A stretch of 64,000 nucleotides of DNA from Octopus vulgaris (GCA_951406725.2 OX597833.1:2232001-2296000), one strand, 5' to 3'; positions 14,033 to 28,620 are shown, counted from the first letter of the stretch. Numbers and translations: made by a program. Notes: generated from the sequence alone by a model not told the origin.

Positions 14033-14161
14033 ATAACTTACAGCTGTTTCAGCCAATAGATAAAAATACCTCATTCTAATTTTATTACTCAAGTGGAGTG
14101 AAGTAATAGGTAGATGAAATTGAGGTGTTTGGGTATATCTCTAGGCTTCGTCAGAGATTAT
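14033..14161 (-). ncRNA. Type I hammerhead ribozyme motif with long stem II
   Basis: Minus strand ATAATCT-CTGACGA-AGCC...(long hairpin with ACCTCA/TGAGGT and TATTACT/AGTAATA)...GGCT-GAAA-CAGCTG-TA-AGTTAT. Palindromic stem III, GUA triplet. Confidence 0.82.
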
Positions 14162-14299
14162 AAAGTACATAATGTTAAGTTATAAATATATATATATATA
14201 TATGTGTGTATGAGTGTGTGTATGTGAGTGTGTGTGTTTGTGTCTGTCTGTGAGTATGTGTTTGATTGCGTGTCTGTGTGTGAGTGCGCATGTGCATGT

Positions 14300-14500
14300 G
14301 TGTGTCAGTTTGCTCTTCACCACCACCACCAGCGTTTGACAACTACTGTCGGTATGCTTCCATTCCTATAACTTAGCCGATCGGCAAAACATGCCGATGG
14401 AATATGTACCAGACCTTAATGATTAAGTCCTGGGGTCGATTTGTTCCACTAAGATTCTTCTGAACCATACTCCAGCAGTATAATGGATAAAACAAGTTAA
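14300..14500 (+). mobile_element. SINE family A, diverged 3' fragment
   Basis: TTGACAAC...TAACTTAGC..TCGGCAAAA...AAGTCCTGGGGTCGATTTGTTC matches the family A tail. Confidence 0.7.
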
Positions 14501-14577
14501 CGATAAACAAAAATAAACGACAGACACATATACACACACAGACACAGACACACACACATATATATACATACATACGT

Positions 14578-14610
<33 letters not shown>

Positions 14611-14709
14611 AATATATATACGTACATATATATATGTATATATAGGTAAAACTTGTATATATATGTATATAGGTAAATATGTATATATAGGTAAAAACTA
14701 TAGGATGCG

Positions 14710-14754
<45 letters not shown>

Positions 14755-14784
14755 CTCTCTCTATATATATCCATACACACAACA

Positions 14785-14846
<62 letters not shown>

Positions 14847-14887
14847 ACATATATATGCATATATATGTGTGTGTATAAATATATATG

Positions 14888-14949
<62 letters not shown>

Positions 14950-15372
14950 GGTGTGTGTATACCCATACACATACACACACGCTCACACAAACACACACAT
15001 ACACTAACACACATACACACACACACACACACACATATATATACCAATAACGAAATAACGATCCGCAACATTTTGCGCATAGTTTCAATCGTCGGTTATG
15101 TTTGAAGTGTTGTGACAATATATCGTCTAAGGTGTTTAAAGTGAATTATTAAGCGATACTTAATCGGTTTTGTCATTTGTCTGCATTCAATATATTTACG
15201 CAATAAACGATCATAGAAAGATGTAAATATTGCAGAAGCCGCTTAATATAATCACGGTTGATGTTACCGAAACATTTATTGCCGTTAAAATTGTCTTCGT
15301 GCGTCTGTGTTCCTTTCGCCTATACATATATATATATATGTATAGGCGCATATATATATATATATATATGTA

Positions 15373-15668
15373 TATGGCCCAGTGGTTAGGGCAGCGGACT
15401 CGCGGTCGTAGGATCGCGGTTTCGATTCCCAGACCGGGCGTTGAGAGTGTTTATTGAGCGAAAACACCCAAAAGCTCCACGAGGCTCCGGCAGGGGGGGT
15501 GGGGTGATCCCTGCTGTACTCTTTCACCACTCTTTCTCCCACTCATTCTTCTGTTGGCCTGCTCGCTTAACCAGCGGGGTGGCGTCATTCGAAGGCTAAA
15601 ACAATGCGAACGCATTGTGACCAGCGATGTGTAACAACATCTGATGGTCTGGTCGGTCACGTGATCAC

Positions 15669-15670
<2 letters not shown>
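15373..15670 (+). mobile_element. tRNA-derived SINE (head D + tail Y)
   Basis: Box A TGGCCCAGTGG, box B GTTTCGATTCC. The head is shared with 46722 and 50220; the 3' part is different. Confidence 0.85.
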
Positions 15671-15716
<46 letters not shown>

Positions 15717-15911
15717 AATATATATGGGTGTGTATGTATGACTGTGTATATGTATAGAAAATAATAAAGAAAACTAGGGAGTTCAGACTAACTTATGTTA
15801 ATTCATTAATATCATATTAATAATGCTTACACACTTACGTACAGAAATAGATATTGGTTAATTCAGATTGTTAAGGATCGTAAAGTCTATGTAATTTTTA
15901 GTTCTGATACA

Positions 15912-16003
15912 CCCTGATGAGGTTTTTACTCTAAATGTTTCCAAAATATGAATTTTTATAAAATTGTTATCGGTTTTGAGTTTGAATCGAAACCATTGTA
16001 GGG
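15912..16003 (+). ncRNA. Type I hammerhead ribozyme motif, long imperfect stem II
   Basis: CC-CTGATGA-GGTTTTTACTC...GAGTTTGAATC-GAAA-CCATTG-TA-GG; stem I is short. Confidence 0.55.
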
Positions 16004-16436
16004 ATTATTGATATCACAGTCTTGGAGGTCCCACAATCGGATCATTTCTTCTTTGGCAATGGTTCCTACAGGAATCGTCTAGCCGTGTCCACATGGCCAC
16101 ATAACTTCTCCGCAAGGGTATGTACTTTCATTAGTACCTTTAGTTGTTTCATTGATGAAGACATACTTTTCTTCATCGTTAAGGTCTTTTACACGGCCCA
16201 CTGTTATCAGAGATAAGGGCGCTATTAGCATGGTTCACCCCAAAACTAAACTATCTGAAATAAAAAAGAAAGGACATTACACAGAATAATGAAAACATAA
16301 CAATGGTGTTGCCGTAGGTGTGCAAACCAGCTGGGAAAATTTGCATCAAAATCGATTCACAGAAAACCGACAAATGCAAAATTTCACTTCTAAGTTATTA
16401 GTGTGGTTCTGTGTGTGTGTGTGTGTGTATGCATGC

Positions 16437-16494
<58 letters not shown>

Positions 16495-16545
16495 ATATAT
16501 ATATATATACATATAGATATATGCATATATATATATATATTTATT

Positions 16546-16619
<74 letters not shown>

Positions 16620-17039
16620 CGCACGTATGTATCCATGTATGTATGTATATATGTATGTTGGTATGTTTCTTTGCTTGTTTTCTTTTTTTGTTTTGCGGCG
16701 TTCAAAATTCTGAAAATATACGAACCGTTTCAGCAAAATATATTTGATATTCAAACGTGAGAGCAGCGGATATTGAGACAGACATGATGAAAGACAATTT
16801 ATCAGAAAACATTGATGCGGAAATAATACACAAGCACGAACGTACAATATACAAGCTCACACACGCATGCGCATTCACAGACATTATGCAAGCATACAGA
16901 CGCATATACACCCATATACACATTGACACTCACCCATATATATATATATGTATGTTTTGAATTCTGTGTGTGTGTGTGAATCTATACCTTCGTCAGTCAA
17001 ATGAAGCTATCTATATATTACTTTGTGTATAAATATTTA

Positions 17040-17250
17040 AGGCGGCGTGCTGGTAGAATTATTAGCGCGCCGGATAAAGTGCTTGACGGTATTTCGTACA
17101 TCCTTAAGGTCTGGGCTCAAATTCCGTCCAGGTCGACATTGACTTTCATCGTTTCGGGGTCGATAAAATAAGAACAAATAGAGCACAGGGGTTCATGTTA
17201 CCAATATATACCCTCACCCCCAAATTACTGGCCTTGTGACAAATTTTGAA
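17040..17250 (+). mobile_element. SINE family B, diverged
   Basis: GGCGGCGTGCTGGTAGAA...CAAATTCCG..AGGTCGAC..TTTCATCGTTTCGGGGTCGATAAAATAAG. Confidence 0.8.
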
Positions 17251-17489
17251 GTTAATATCTATTGGAATATGGCATGTTTCCATACAGGAGCTCCCAGGAA
17301 TATATTTCACATAGAAAAATTATATATACACACAGAGTAGATTAACGGAAAATTTTAAACAGTTAAATCGAAGGATATTAAGTAAAGACCCTGAGAAAAC
17401 TGCACTGGTATTGTTGTAGAGTTGCAATCGCAAAGGTTACTAATCGATGCTGTAGAAACAGGTGGAGGTCTATGTGAAGCTGTATATAG

Positions 17490-17690
17490 AAGCTGTGTGC
17501 GCACGACATGGTGATCTCACATCAAGATTAACAGCGCATGAGCTTGCAGGTGGGGCCCGTTTAGAGTTTTATTCAGGTCGAGTAGCCCATTCCGCTCGAA
17601 AGGTCTGTGAATAAGGGTTGTTTAAGGATTTTGGACGAAACACCCATGTTTCCAGAGGTGAATTATTCAAACCCCAAAGAATCCTTCTCC
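17490..17690. mobile_element. Fragment of the 3497-4036 repeat, inverted
   Basis: Reverse-complement similarity to ~3735-3930. Confidence 0.65.
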
Positions 17691-17792
17691 AATCGGCCCA
17701 TTCTGCCTAACCACTAACTGAAACCGTGGACCATGGCCAGATAAGCAAAACTCTTACCACACAGCCACACCTCGCCTATGTTTTGTGTGTAT

Positions 17793-17869
<77 letters not shown>

Positions 17870-18055
17870 TATATATATCTAATATATATATACATATTAT
17901 ATATATATATTATATATATACATATATATATGTCCATATATACAAATATACACATACATATATATGTACATTTATATATATATATATATGTATACATACA
18001 TATATATATATTTATTTATATATATATATGTATGTATATATGTATGTATATGTAT

Positions 18056-18093
<38 letters not shown>

Positions 18094-18673
18094 TTACGCG
18101 CAGCCATTCACCTGTACGTATTCCTTTGGAAATACTCACGCACAGACACACACACACACACAAACACATACACGCACACAAGCCTACGCAGTCATACTCA
18201 CAAATACAAACATACATACATACAAACAGACGGTAAACTTGAGGTACGATCGAGCCATAGATAACTAAATAGAAATGATAAACTGATAGATAATTGTTTA
18301 ATCATTTTCCATTTAAAAGGAAAAGATAAAAAAAAAATGTATTAGCTTCGACCTTCCACCTAAATATAGGCTACCTTACTGCGCTATTGATCGGTTATCG
18401 ATTTTATATGTTCAATGATGTAATTTTTATGCATCGATTATGTGTATTGAGTTATGTAATTTTGCAGAAATGTATAGAAATGTGTATGTATACGTGGTCG
18501 GTATATTGTCGTATGTGAGTGTTTGCGTTGTGTATGTTAGTAGTTTGTTTGTGTTTGCCTTAATCTATATTCGAGCGCACACAAAATGCGCCCCGGTTCA
18601 AACACACGACAGATAAAGTGAAACGTACATAGACACACATAAACAGGCACACACACGCTTGTGTGTGTGTGTT

Positions 18674-18738
<65 letters not shown>

Positions 18739-18776
18739 ATGTGTGTGTGTGTGTGTATATATAGATAAATAGATAG

Positions 18777-18807
<31 letters not shown>

Positions 18808-18932
18808 GATAGACTGATTGATTTTGATTGATTGATTGATTTTTAGACATATATACCAACATTTACATATGTGTGCGATTTCATTGGAGCTCCACCCATA
18901 TGTGTGTGTGTGTATGTGTGTACACACACACG

Positions 18933-18998
<66 letters not shown>

Positions 18999-19404
18999 CA
19001 TGTATTTATGCACGCGCGCGCTCACACACACATACAAACCATAAAACTTTAGGGGGTATTAGAAGTGAACATATTTATTTAAGCACTTGACATGCCTGTT
19101 ATGACCTGCCTGATTTCTCTCCCTCTAGAATAGCTCTCCGGGTCTATGGAGCACACAGGCTTTTCACTGCGACAATGTACTTGTTGAATTGACCCTTGAC
19201 TACACAGTAGTTCTTCCGCCCTTTAAATTGTCTTATTTTGCGTCCTGCAGGGTGTCCAACAATTACCCTCCTTGGTTGCTGTTGACAGCTTGGTCGCCGT
19301 CGACCCGACCATGCGACAGGTTGTACTGGGTTACCTGTTACCTGTAGCGCGCAAGAGCGGCCTAACTCTTATTCATGTATATATGTATAAATATGAGTCT
19401 TTGT

Positions 19405-20312
19405 GTATATGTATGTATGTATGTATGTATGTATTTATGTATGTCTGTATGTATGTATGCATGTATGTATGTATGTATGTATGTATGTATGTATGTATGT
19501 ATGTATGTATGTATGTATGTATGTATGTATGTATGTATGTATATGTATGCATGTATGTGTGTATGTATGTATGTATGTATGTATGCATGCATACATGTAT
19601 GTATGTACGCATGTATGTATGTATGTATGTATATATGTATGCATGCATGTATGTATGTATGTATGCATGTATGTATGTATGTATGTATGTATGTATGTAT
19701 GTATGTATGTATGTGTATATGTATGTATGTATGAATGCATGTATGTATGTATGTATGTATGTATGTATGTATGTATGTATGTATGTATGTATGTATGTAT
19801 GTATGTATGTATGTATGTACGCATGTATGTATGTACGCATGTATGTATGTATGTATGTATGTATGAATGTATGTATGTGTATATGTATGTATGCATGTAT
19901 GTATGTATGTATGTATGTATGTATGTATGTATGTATGTACACATGCATGCATGTATGTATGTATGTATGTATGCATGTGTATATGTATGTATGTATGAAT
20001 GTATGTATGTATGTATGTATGTACGCATGTATGTATGTATGTATGTATGTATGTATGTATGTGTATATGTATGTATGTATGAATGCATGTATGTATGCAT
20101 GTATGTATGTATGTATGTACACATGTATGTATGTATGTATGTATGTATGTATGCATGCATGTATGTATGTATGTATGTATGTATGTATGTATGTATGTAT
20201 GTATGTATGTATGTATGTATGTATGTATGTATGTATGTATGTATGTATGTATGTATGTATGCATGTATGGATGAATGTATGTATGCGCGTGTATGTATGT
20301 ATGTACGTACGT
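19405..20312. repeat. ~900-bp (GTAT)n tetranucleotide array
   Basis: Direct reading. Confidence 0.97.
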
Positions 20313-20329
20313 ACGAAACGGTGAGTAAC

Positions 20330-20541
20330 AAACCTTTCTGCTATAGGGAAAAGGTTCGAAATTTGAGGGGAAGGGCAAGCCGATTACATCGACTCCAGCG
20401 CTCAGCTATTGTTTACTTTATAAACCCTGAATTGATGAAAAGGAACGTCGGCCACGACGAAATTTGATCTCAGAAATTAATGATAAACGAAATACCGCCA
20501 AATATTTTGTCCGTAACGCAGGCGATTCTGCCAGCCCGCCA
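20330..20541 (-). mobile_element. SINE family B, diverged
   Basis: Ends GATTCTGCCAGCCCGCC, the reverse complement of the family B head. Confidence 0.7.
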
Positions 20542-20785
20542 TCTTGTACGGACTAATATTGCAGATGTAGAAGTCACCAAATGTAATGGGTTATATTTGA
20601 TTGCTATTAAGTTTAGTACAGTTATGAAAGGTCGAGTGTTGCATTTCTGGCAATTTCTGATTGCTCGAAATAAAATGACAGTTGATTTATACACAACGAA
20701 GCTCGTATGTAATAGTTTACGAGGTTTTGTCACAAGTGCAAGTTCGGAGTGGATTACATATGTCAGTGTGTGAATAGAAAACCTG

Positions 20786-20818
<33 letters not shown>

Positions 20819-20843
20819 TAGAGAGACAGAGAGACAGAGAGAC

Positions 20844-20880
<37 letters not shown>

Positions 20881-21263
20881 GGCAGACAGACAGAGACAGA
20901 GACAGAGACAAAGACAGACAGACAGACAGAGAGAAGAAGAGGAAGAAGAAGGAGGAGGAGGAGAAATGAGAGGAGGATGGGAGGTGGAGGAGGGCAAAGA
21001 CGATGAGGGCAGGAGGAAGAGGACAAGGAGAAGAAGAAGAAGAAGAAGAAGAAGAAGAAGAAGAAGAAGAAGAAGAAGAAGAAAAAGATGAAGAAGAAGA
21101 AAAAGAAGAAAAAGAAGATGAAGAAGAAGAAGAACAACAACAACAACAAAAAGGGGCAGAATGATGCTGACGGAAAGAGAATTGCCATTTGAACTGTTTG
21201 AATAAGTGAGAGTCAAATATATGTTACCTTGGCGACAGCTGCCGATTAAAAAGGGCCGCTTCG

Positions 21264-21334
<71 letters not shown>

Positions 21335-22261
21335 GCGTGTGTGTCCTAAATTTAGAACTAGGTTAGTTAGAATGGGATTGAATGCGTTGGTTTGGATGGA
21401 ACTGAATTTCATTTCACCTACGATGGGGATGAATTTGACAGATGGCACAATTAAATTTCGAGTGTAAATTGAGAACAATGGGAAGTTACATATAGAAGTA
21501 TCTACACCAAGGTTTCGATTCCTGGCTGTGCGCGGGAAGGAAGGGAGAAATAAACATAAAGTAAATCAAACGAATAGAACAATAAAAATAGAAACACAAG
21601 TTTAAGCTTTAACATTGTAACCTCTCATCAGCTATGAAGTGAAGTGCCGAAGTTTCCTCACGTTATGAATGGGACCATCGGATTCATCGTGTCTGTAGAA
21701 TAGCAGAAATTTCTGCTAAGGATAAATGTCATTAAGATACAATAATAGCAAAAAGATGAGAAAAGCGAGGACGTGGGACAATGTGTTTACGTTATCAAGG
21801 GAAAAACACGAAAATAAGTGTACGAGAACATACGAAAATAAACGTAGAAATTTTGTATTAAAATTAATTAGGATTATCGACTTTAAATATGTGTCTGGAA
21901 AATAGATTTTCTTACCGGCTAACAAACAGGAAGGGAGATAATTGAACATGGATAATAAACAATGAGCTAAAGGTCTTTGACTTATAATCAAACAGAACAC
22001 ATTAAGCGACAGCGTACGTACAAATGCAAACGATGACTGCAACAATATCATCCAATCTTAGTTTTTCAAACCTCAACAATAGAAGAGTTATTTTTGTTGC
22101 ATCATATAAGGCGGTTCTTTTCTTTTTTTCCCTTTCATGATAACGGGCAATTTTGCCGGAAATGTTTTTATGAAAACATTCAAAGAATGGGTTTAATCGC
22201 TGTTATTCCGTGTATTTTATTCACTCCAAACAATATGGCTTTAGCTTTTTCAATCACCGCC

Positions 22262-22318
<57 letters not shown>

Positions 22319-22492
22319 ATTATAAATATATATTACGCAATGCTGCAAGTGAACTAAAATACTTGCATAATACACACACACGCACACACGCACATATGTG
22401 TATAGAATATATATATTCATATACATATATATATTTACCATATATATATATGTATATATATTAATGAATGTATATATATATATATATTAATG

Positions 22493-22560
<68 letters not shown>

Positions 22561-22572
22561 GAGTTACTTATG

Positions 22573-22624
<52 letters not shown>

Positions 22625-23321
22625 GTATGTATGTAACGGTATATATAAATATATGCATAAATATTCTTACACATGTATGAGTGTGGCTCTATGTGTATGT
22701 ATGTGTGTGTTTGTGCGCACGCGCATGTGTGTCTGCGTGAGTATATTTATTCTGAGTCTTAAAAAGATCTTACATTTAGTCCTCTTGTATTTATGATTTT
22801 ACATAAAATCGGAAGCATAAAAGAAATGTCTTTCTTTCTTCTCAGAAGCTGTGAGTTGAAAAGCGACTTTGTTGCGTTTTTCGTAATCAATAATCTCAAC
22901 TTTAACACGAAGCAACTTTCTATTTGCATACAAAAAGAAACACACAAGCCCGTACGAACACAGAAATATACACACACCCGACGCCGCGTCTGTGTACGTG
23001 CACATACGTATACACACGCACGTACAAACATATGTGGCTCAAAATTTTAATCATTCATCGGTTCATACATATTTACATGTTTATACGCATATACATAGGC
23101 TAATATATGGAATTTTAAACGTAGGTAAATAGGATGGTAGGCAGGTAGGGAGAGAGAGCGGGGTGGGGAGAGAGAGTAAGGAGAGATGGAGAGTTAAAGG
23201 TTGAGAGACAGACAGACAAAAAGACAGAGGCCAGCAGATAGGCAGACAGACAGATCAACAGACAGACAGACAGATCAACAGACAGACAGACAGATCAACA
23301 GACAGAAAGACAGATAGATAA

Positions 23322-23362
<41 letters not shown>

Positions 23363-23427
23363 CAGACAGACAAAAGGACAAATAGGCAAGTAGATAGCTA
23401 GACAGAGAGGCAGACGGATAGATAGAC

Positions 23428-23487
<60 letters not shown>

Positions 23488-23495
23488 CGATAGAT

Positions 23496-24381
23496 AAGTT
23501 TCTTTATTGGCCACACATGGCTGCACACAGATGGGACAAGTTACAAGGTAGAGCTTTTTTGTGGGGGATGAAAAAAACAAAAACAAAAGAAACAAAAAAA
23601 AGGGGGGGCGTAGGTTTTCGATCAAGAGGGATCGTAAAAGGGAAGAAAAGAACAAAAAAAATAAATAAAATAAAAAAGAAAAAATAAAAATAAAAAAAAG
23701 AAAAGGAAAAGGAACAAAAGAAAAGAGAAATGAAAAAAGAAGAAACAAGGGGGAAAAAAGGGGAAGAGGAAAAAAAAGAACGATCAATAGGGATCGTGTA
23801 TCACAGTGTTATGATATATGGTGTAAAGGGGAAAGCAAGTAAGGTTTATCCGTGGGAAGAAAAGCCTACGAAAAAGACCACGGTAACCTTGGTCAATATT
23901 GTTATATGTTACCACATTTGTTTGCAAGTGGGTAACCCTCTGTTTTCAATTTCTGGGTTCATAGGATTATGCTCAAGGTGGCTTCGTTATTCATACGTGC
24001 CATCCTTGCTACATTCACCCATCTTTTTTTAAAACATTCGCTAGACAAAACTTGCCTCTCTACTCTCACTTTCCTTTTCAAGTGGTACTTGAAGAAGTTG
24101 ATGAGAGATTGACCAGAGAGGAAAGTGTTTGTCTCCAATCCTTTCAGACGCGTCCACCAGATACATTCTTTCGCCATAGCCACAAGGATGATGAAAATAG
24201 CTCTTCCTTCCCGTTTGAAGGAAGGAGGCGTGACAATATTGACGATAGACTCAGCTGATAAACCGACTCGTCCCACACATGACAGCAGTTGTTCGACATA
24301 AACCCACAGGTTGGAAATTGTTGGACACTGCACGAGTGCATGCAGAACGGTTTCGTCGCTCTGACCGCATCTCGGGCAGGT
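23496..24381 (-). mobile_element. 5'-truncated Tx1/L1-clade LINE (ORF2 C-terminus plus 3' UTR) inside (GATA)n
   Basis: Open frame 24381-23959 reads CPRCGQSDETVLHALVQCPTISNLW...AKECIWWTR (zf-RVT-like CCHC knuckle). Pyrimidine-rich 3' UTR, then AATAAA, then (ATCT)n. (GATA)n also abuts the 5' truncation. Confidence 0.85.
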
Positions 24382-24419
24382 ATAGATAGACAGATAGACA
24401 GATAGACAGATAGACACAC

Positions 24420-24484
<65 letters not shown>

Positions 24485-24510
24485 TACACATACATACATA
24501 CATACATACA

Positions 24511-24544
<34 letters not shown>

Positions 24545-24850
24545 CATACACATGCACGCATAGATACATATGCATGTATGTACGTATGTATACAAGTATA
24601 TTTGTGGTTGAGTATAGACCGAACGATATGAAACAACGTTCAATAATATTTAGAGCAGAGAGTAGATTCTATTCGTATTTCTCCACTTGATCAGACGATA
24701 AAATTCACCTTCATTTTTTTGCGCCTCAACGAATTCTCAAGCAGTAGAGATTTAAAAATTCAACGACTGGGAAAATATACAAAAATATCTCTTCTCTGCT
24801 ACAATTTACTGTCTGTCTGTCTGTCTATCTATCGATCTATCAGTTCTGTC

Positions 24851-24924
<74 letters not shown>

Positions 24925-24959
24925 ATATAAATGTGCATGTGTATATGTATAAATTTATA

Positions 24960-25350
24960 TACTCTTTTACTCTTTTACTTCTTTCAGTCATTTGACTGCG
25001 GCTATGCTGGAGCACCGCCTTTAGTCGAGCAAATCGACCCCGGAATTTATTCTTTGTAAGCTCAGTACTTATTCTATCGGTCTCTTATGCCGAACCGCTA
25101 AGCGACGGGGACGTAAACACACCAGCATCGGTTGTCAAGCGATGTTGGGGGGACAAACATAGACACACAAACATATACAAACACATACATATATACATAT
25201 ATACGACGGGCTTCTTTCAGTTTCCGTAAACCAAATCCACTCACAATGCTTTTGTCGGCCCGAGGCTATAGTAGAAGACACTTGCCCAAGGTGCCACGCA
25301 TTGGGACTGAACCCGGAACCATGTGGTTGGTTAGCAAGCTACTTACCACA
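24960..25350 (-). mobile_element. SINE family A
   Basis: Near-identical to 1-362, with (TACTCTTT)n tail. Confidence 0.92.
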
Positions 25351-25356
25351 TATATA

Positions 25357-25426
<70 letters not shown>

Positions 25427-25537
25427 TATATATATATATACAAATATTACTATTTCTAAATCTCTCTAGAGGGGACTACAGCAGCAGCACTGGATATCAA
25501 TAGTTATCGCCAAGCTAACATGGCAGTCCAGAAAAAT

Positions 25538-25738
25538 AGGACGAATGCTGTCGCTGATTAGCTCCAAGAGGCCATCGCCTTTAGCTAGCTATGTGACACG
25601 CAAACTTGTGCCCAGCTGCTGACCTCCCTTGTTGGAAGGTTGGAAGGTTGGAAGGTTGTAATGTTGGAAGGTTGGTGTGTCATATAGCTAGCTAGAGGCG
25701 ATGTCCTCTTGAAGCTAATCAACGGCAGCATTCGTCCT
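25538..25738. repeat. 62-bp inverted repeat enclosing (GTTGGAAG)n
   Basis: 25538-25599 vs 25677-25738, about 6 mismatches by eye. Confidence 0.85.
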
Positions 25739-25751
25739 TAACAGAGGACGA

Positions 25752-25886
25752 CTTGAGTTCTAATTCACAAGAGGTCGACTTTGGCTTTCATCGTTTCGTG
25801 GCCGATGAAATAAGCACCAGTTGATCCCTGAAGTCAATGTAATTGACTTACCCTTCTCACTCGAACTTGTTGGCCTTGTGCCAAAT
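25752..25886 (+). mobile_element. SINE family B fragment
   Basis: GAGGTCGACTTTGGCTTTCATCGTTTCG..CGATGAAATAAGCACCAGTT. Confidence 0.7.
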
Positions 25887-26275
25887 CATGGAGCCGATAT
25901 TTTGAATGCATTTCATACGCGTGTTTCTTGTAGTTATGTAACAATAATCGTACATAATTACTCGAAAGACGTGTAAGAAACGCATTCAACCATATCAGCA
26001 TTTTACTAAAGGACACATTCGTAACAATCTAGCCTGTACTTGCTCGGATGGTATTATAGCAACGTCACAAGAATTGGGGAATTAAATGTTTGACGGGACC
26101 GTGAGACAAAGCCACTTCGTGAAGTCTATTGTGTGTATGTCTGTATGTATTTATACACTTATATATGTATATACACCCACCCACATACACATACGTATCC
26201 CTATCAGTCTATCTGTCTACCTAACTATCTGTCTGTCTGTCTGCCTATCTATCTATCTATCTATCTATCTCTCTC

Positions 26276-26348
<73 letters not shown>

Positions 26349-26405
26349 ATATATATATATGCATGTATGTCTTTCTTTCTCTCTCTCTCACCATATATAT
26401 ATATA

Positions 26406-26743
26406 GTGAAGGCGCATGGCTCAGTGGTTAGAGCGTCGAACTTACGATCGTGAGGTTGTGAGCTCGAATCCCGGACCGGGCTGCGTGTTGTGTTCTTGAG
26501 CAAAGCACTTTATTTCACGTTGCTCCAGTTCACTCAGCTGTAGAAATGAGTTGCGACGTCACTGGTGCCAAGCTGTATCGGCCCCTTTGTCTTTCCCTTG
26601 GATAACACTGGTGGCGTCGAGAGGGAGGCTGGTATGCATGGGCGACTGATGGTCTTCCATAAACAACCTTGCCCGGACTTGTGCCTGGGAGGGTAACTTC
26701 CTAGGTGCAATCCCATGGTCTGTGTCGTGACCGAAGGGGGTCT
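26406..26743 (+). mobile_element. tRNA-derived SINE (head C + tail Z)
   Basis: Box A TGGCTCAGTGG, box B GCTCGAATCC. The core TTGAGCAAAGCACTTTATTTCACGTTGCTCCAGTTCACTC is shared with 58163; the 3' tail is distinct. Confidence 0.87.
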
Positions 26744-26745
26744 TA

Positions 26746-26790
<45 letters not shown>

Positions 26791-27745
26791 TTAATAATGA
26801 TAATGATTATTACGAAATATCATAGCATTACATTAATTCCTTCATACACACATATATATATATATATATATACACGCACACACACATACATGGTTTCAAA
26901 TAAACCTACACATGTTTCTACATAAATATATGTCTGTTTGTATGTGTGTGTGTATCTCTGTGTGTGTCTGCGTGCGTGAGGGCGCTTGTGTACTCAGACA
27001 TTTCAAAATCAAATGGACGGCATCAATTCTGAAAGCTATATTTCTCGAAGCGAAAACATGTCATTTGAGGCATTTAAATACTTAATCTAGCATTTGGTAG
27101 ACATGGCCTCTACGTATTACATGAACAACATGTAAACGCCAGGCCATGTCCGTACACATAAAAGTATGGATGGGAGCTCTCTAGCTACCTTTGTGAAGCA
27201 TGTATGTGCATGTGCGTGTGGATGTATGTATGCATGTATGTATGTATGCATGTTTGTATGTACATATTTATGCGTCAATCTATGCATGCATATTCGTATA
27301 TATGTACATATATATGCATATTTGTAGATAGACAGATAGACTATGGATAGCTAGCTAGCTAGTACATAGATAAATAGATAGAGAGAGAGAGAGACAGAGG
27401 GAGAGATGCAGACACACAGACAGGTCAATAAGCAGATACATAGATACAGAGCACAGCCCTGGGCAGGGTTAGTATAGGAGACCTGTCTATGCAGCCGGTT
27501 CCCCCTCTATACCAATAATGCTGCACAAGATATGCTGTAATAGACAGCACACACATGCACATACAATCATACAAACATACGCACATATATGCATATATAT
27601 ATGCATATACATACATACATGCATACATACATATGCACATATATATATACATATGCATACATATATATATTCATTTATATAAATATATATATACATATAT
27701 ATATATAAATTAAATTAGAGATAAAACCATAATATTATATGTATA

Positions 27746-27817
<72 letters not shown>

Positions 27818-27820
27818 TTT

Positions 27821-27874
<54 letters not shown>

Positions 27875-28534
27875 ATATTCATCCATCCAATTCCTATCAG
27901 TTCATCATTCGATGTGATGTCTTCTTATATATTGATTTTTGCCAATAAACTATCAATTCATTAGTATTCATTGATTCACTTAATTGATCTACTTAATGAA
28001 CCAGAATTTTTTCCGGGTATCGGGTGGTGCTACGAAGTGGCGGGGGTCAATTAGCTTTTGTTCTTTTTTTTCCTTCAGTTTGGGCGGGGGTGGCGTAAGT
28101 GGTGTTTGATTGAGAGGAAAAAATTAATTCTGTACTTCGAAATCTGCATACAAATTTTATACATGCATGTGTATATATGCGTATACACACAACAGGAGAC
28201 AGCTTATTTGCATACAAATATATATACATACATACAAACATACATACATACATATATATATATACACACATGCATACGGATGCATATGTATATATATATA
28301 TATACACACTCACATATATATATATATATATATATTTCGTGGTGTGTATGTGTGTGATTGTGTGTGCATGTGTGTGCATGTGTGTGCATGCGTGAGTGAG
28401 TGTGTATGTGTGTCTGTGTGTGCGTGTGTGTGTGTTTATGTATGTGTGTGTGTGTGTGTGTGTGTGTATAAAATATATGTCAGCCACCTTGCATCTCATT
28501 AACTTTCGTAATTCTGCTATTAACATTACGCAAT

Positions 28535-28572
<38 letters not shown>

Positions 28573-28620
28573 TACCATCATCATCATCACCATTATTATT
28601 ATTATTATTATTATTATTAA

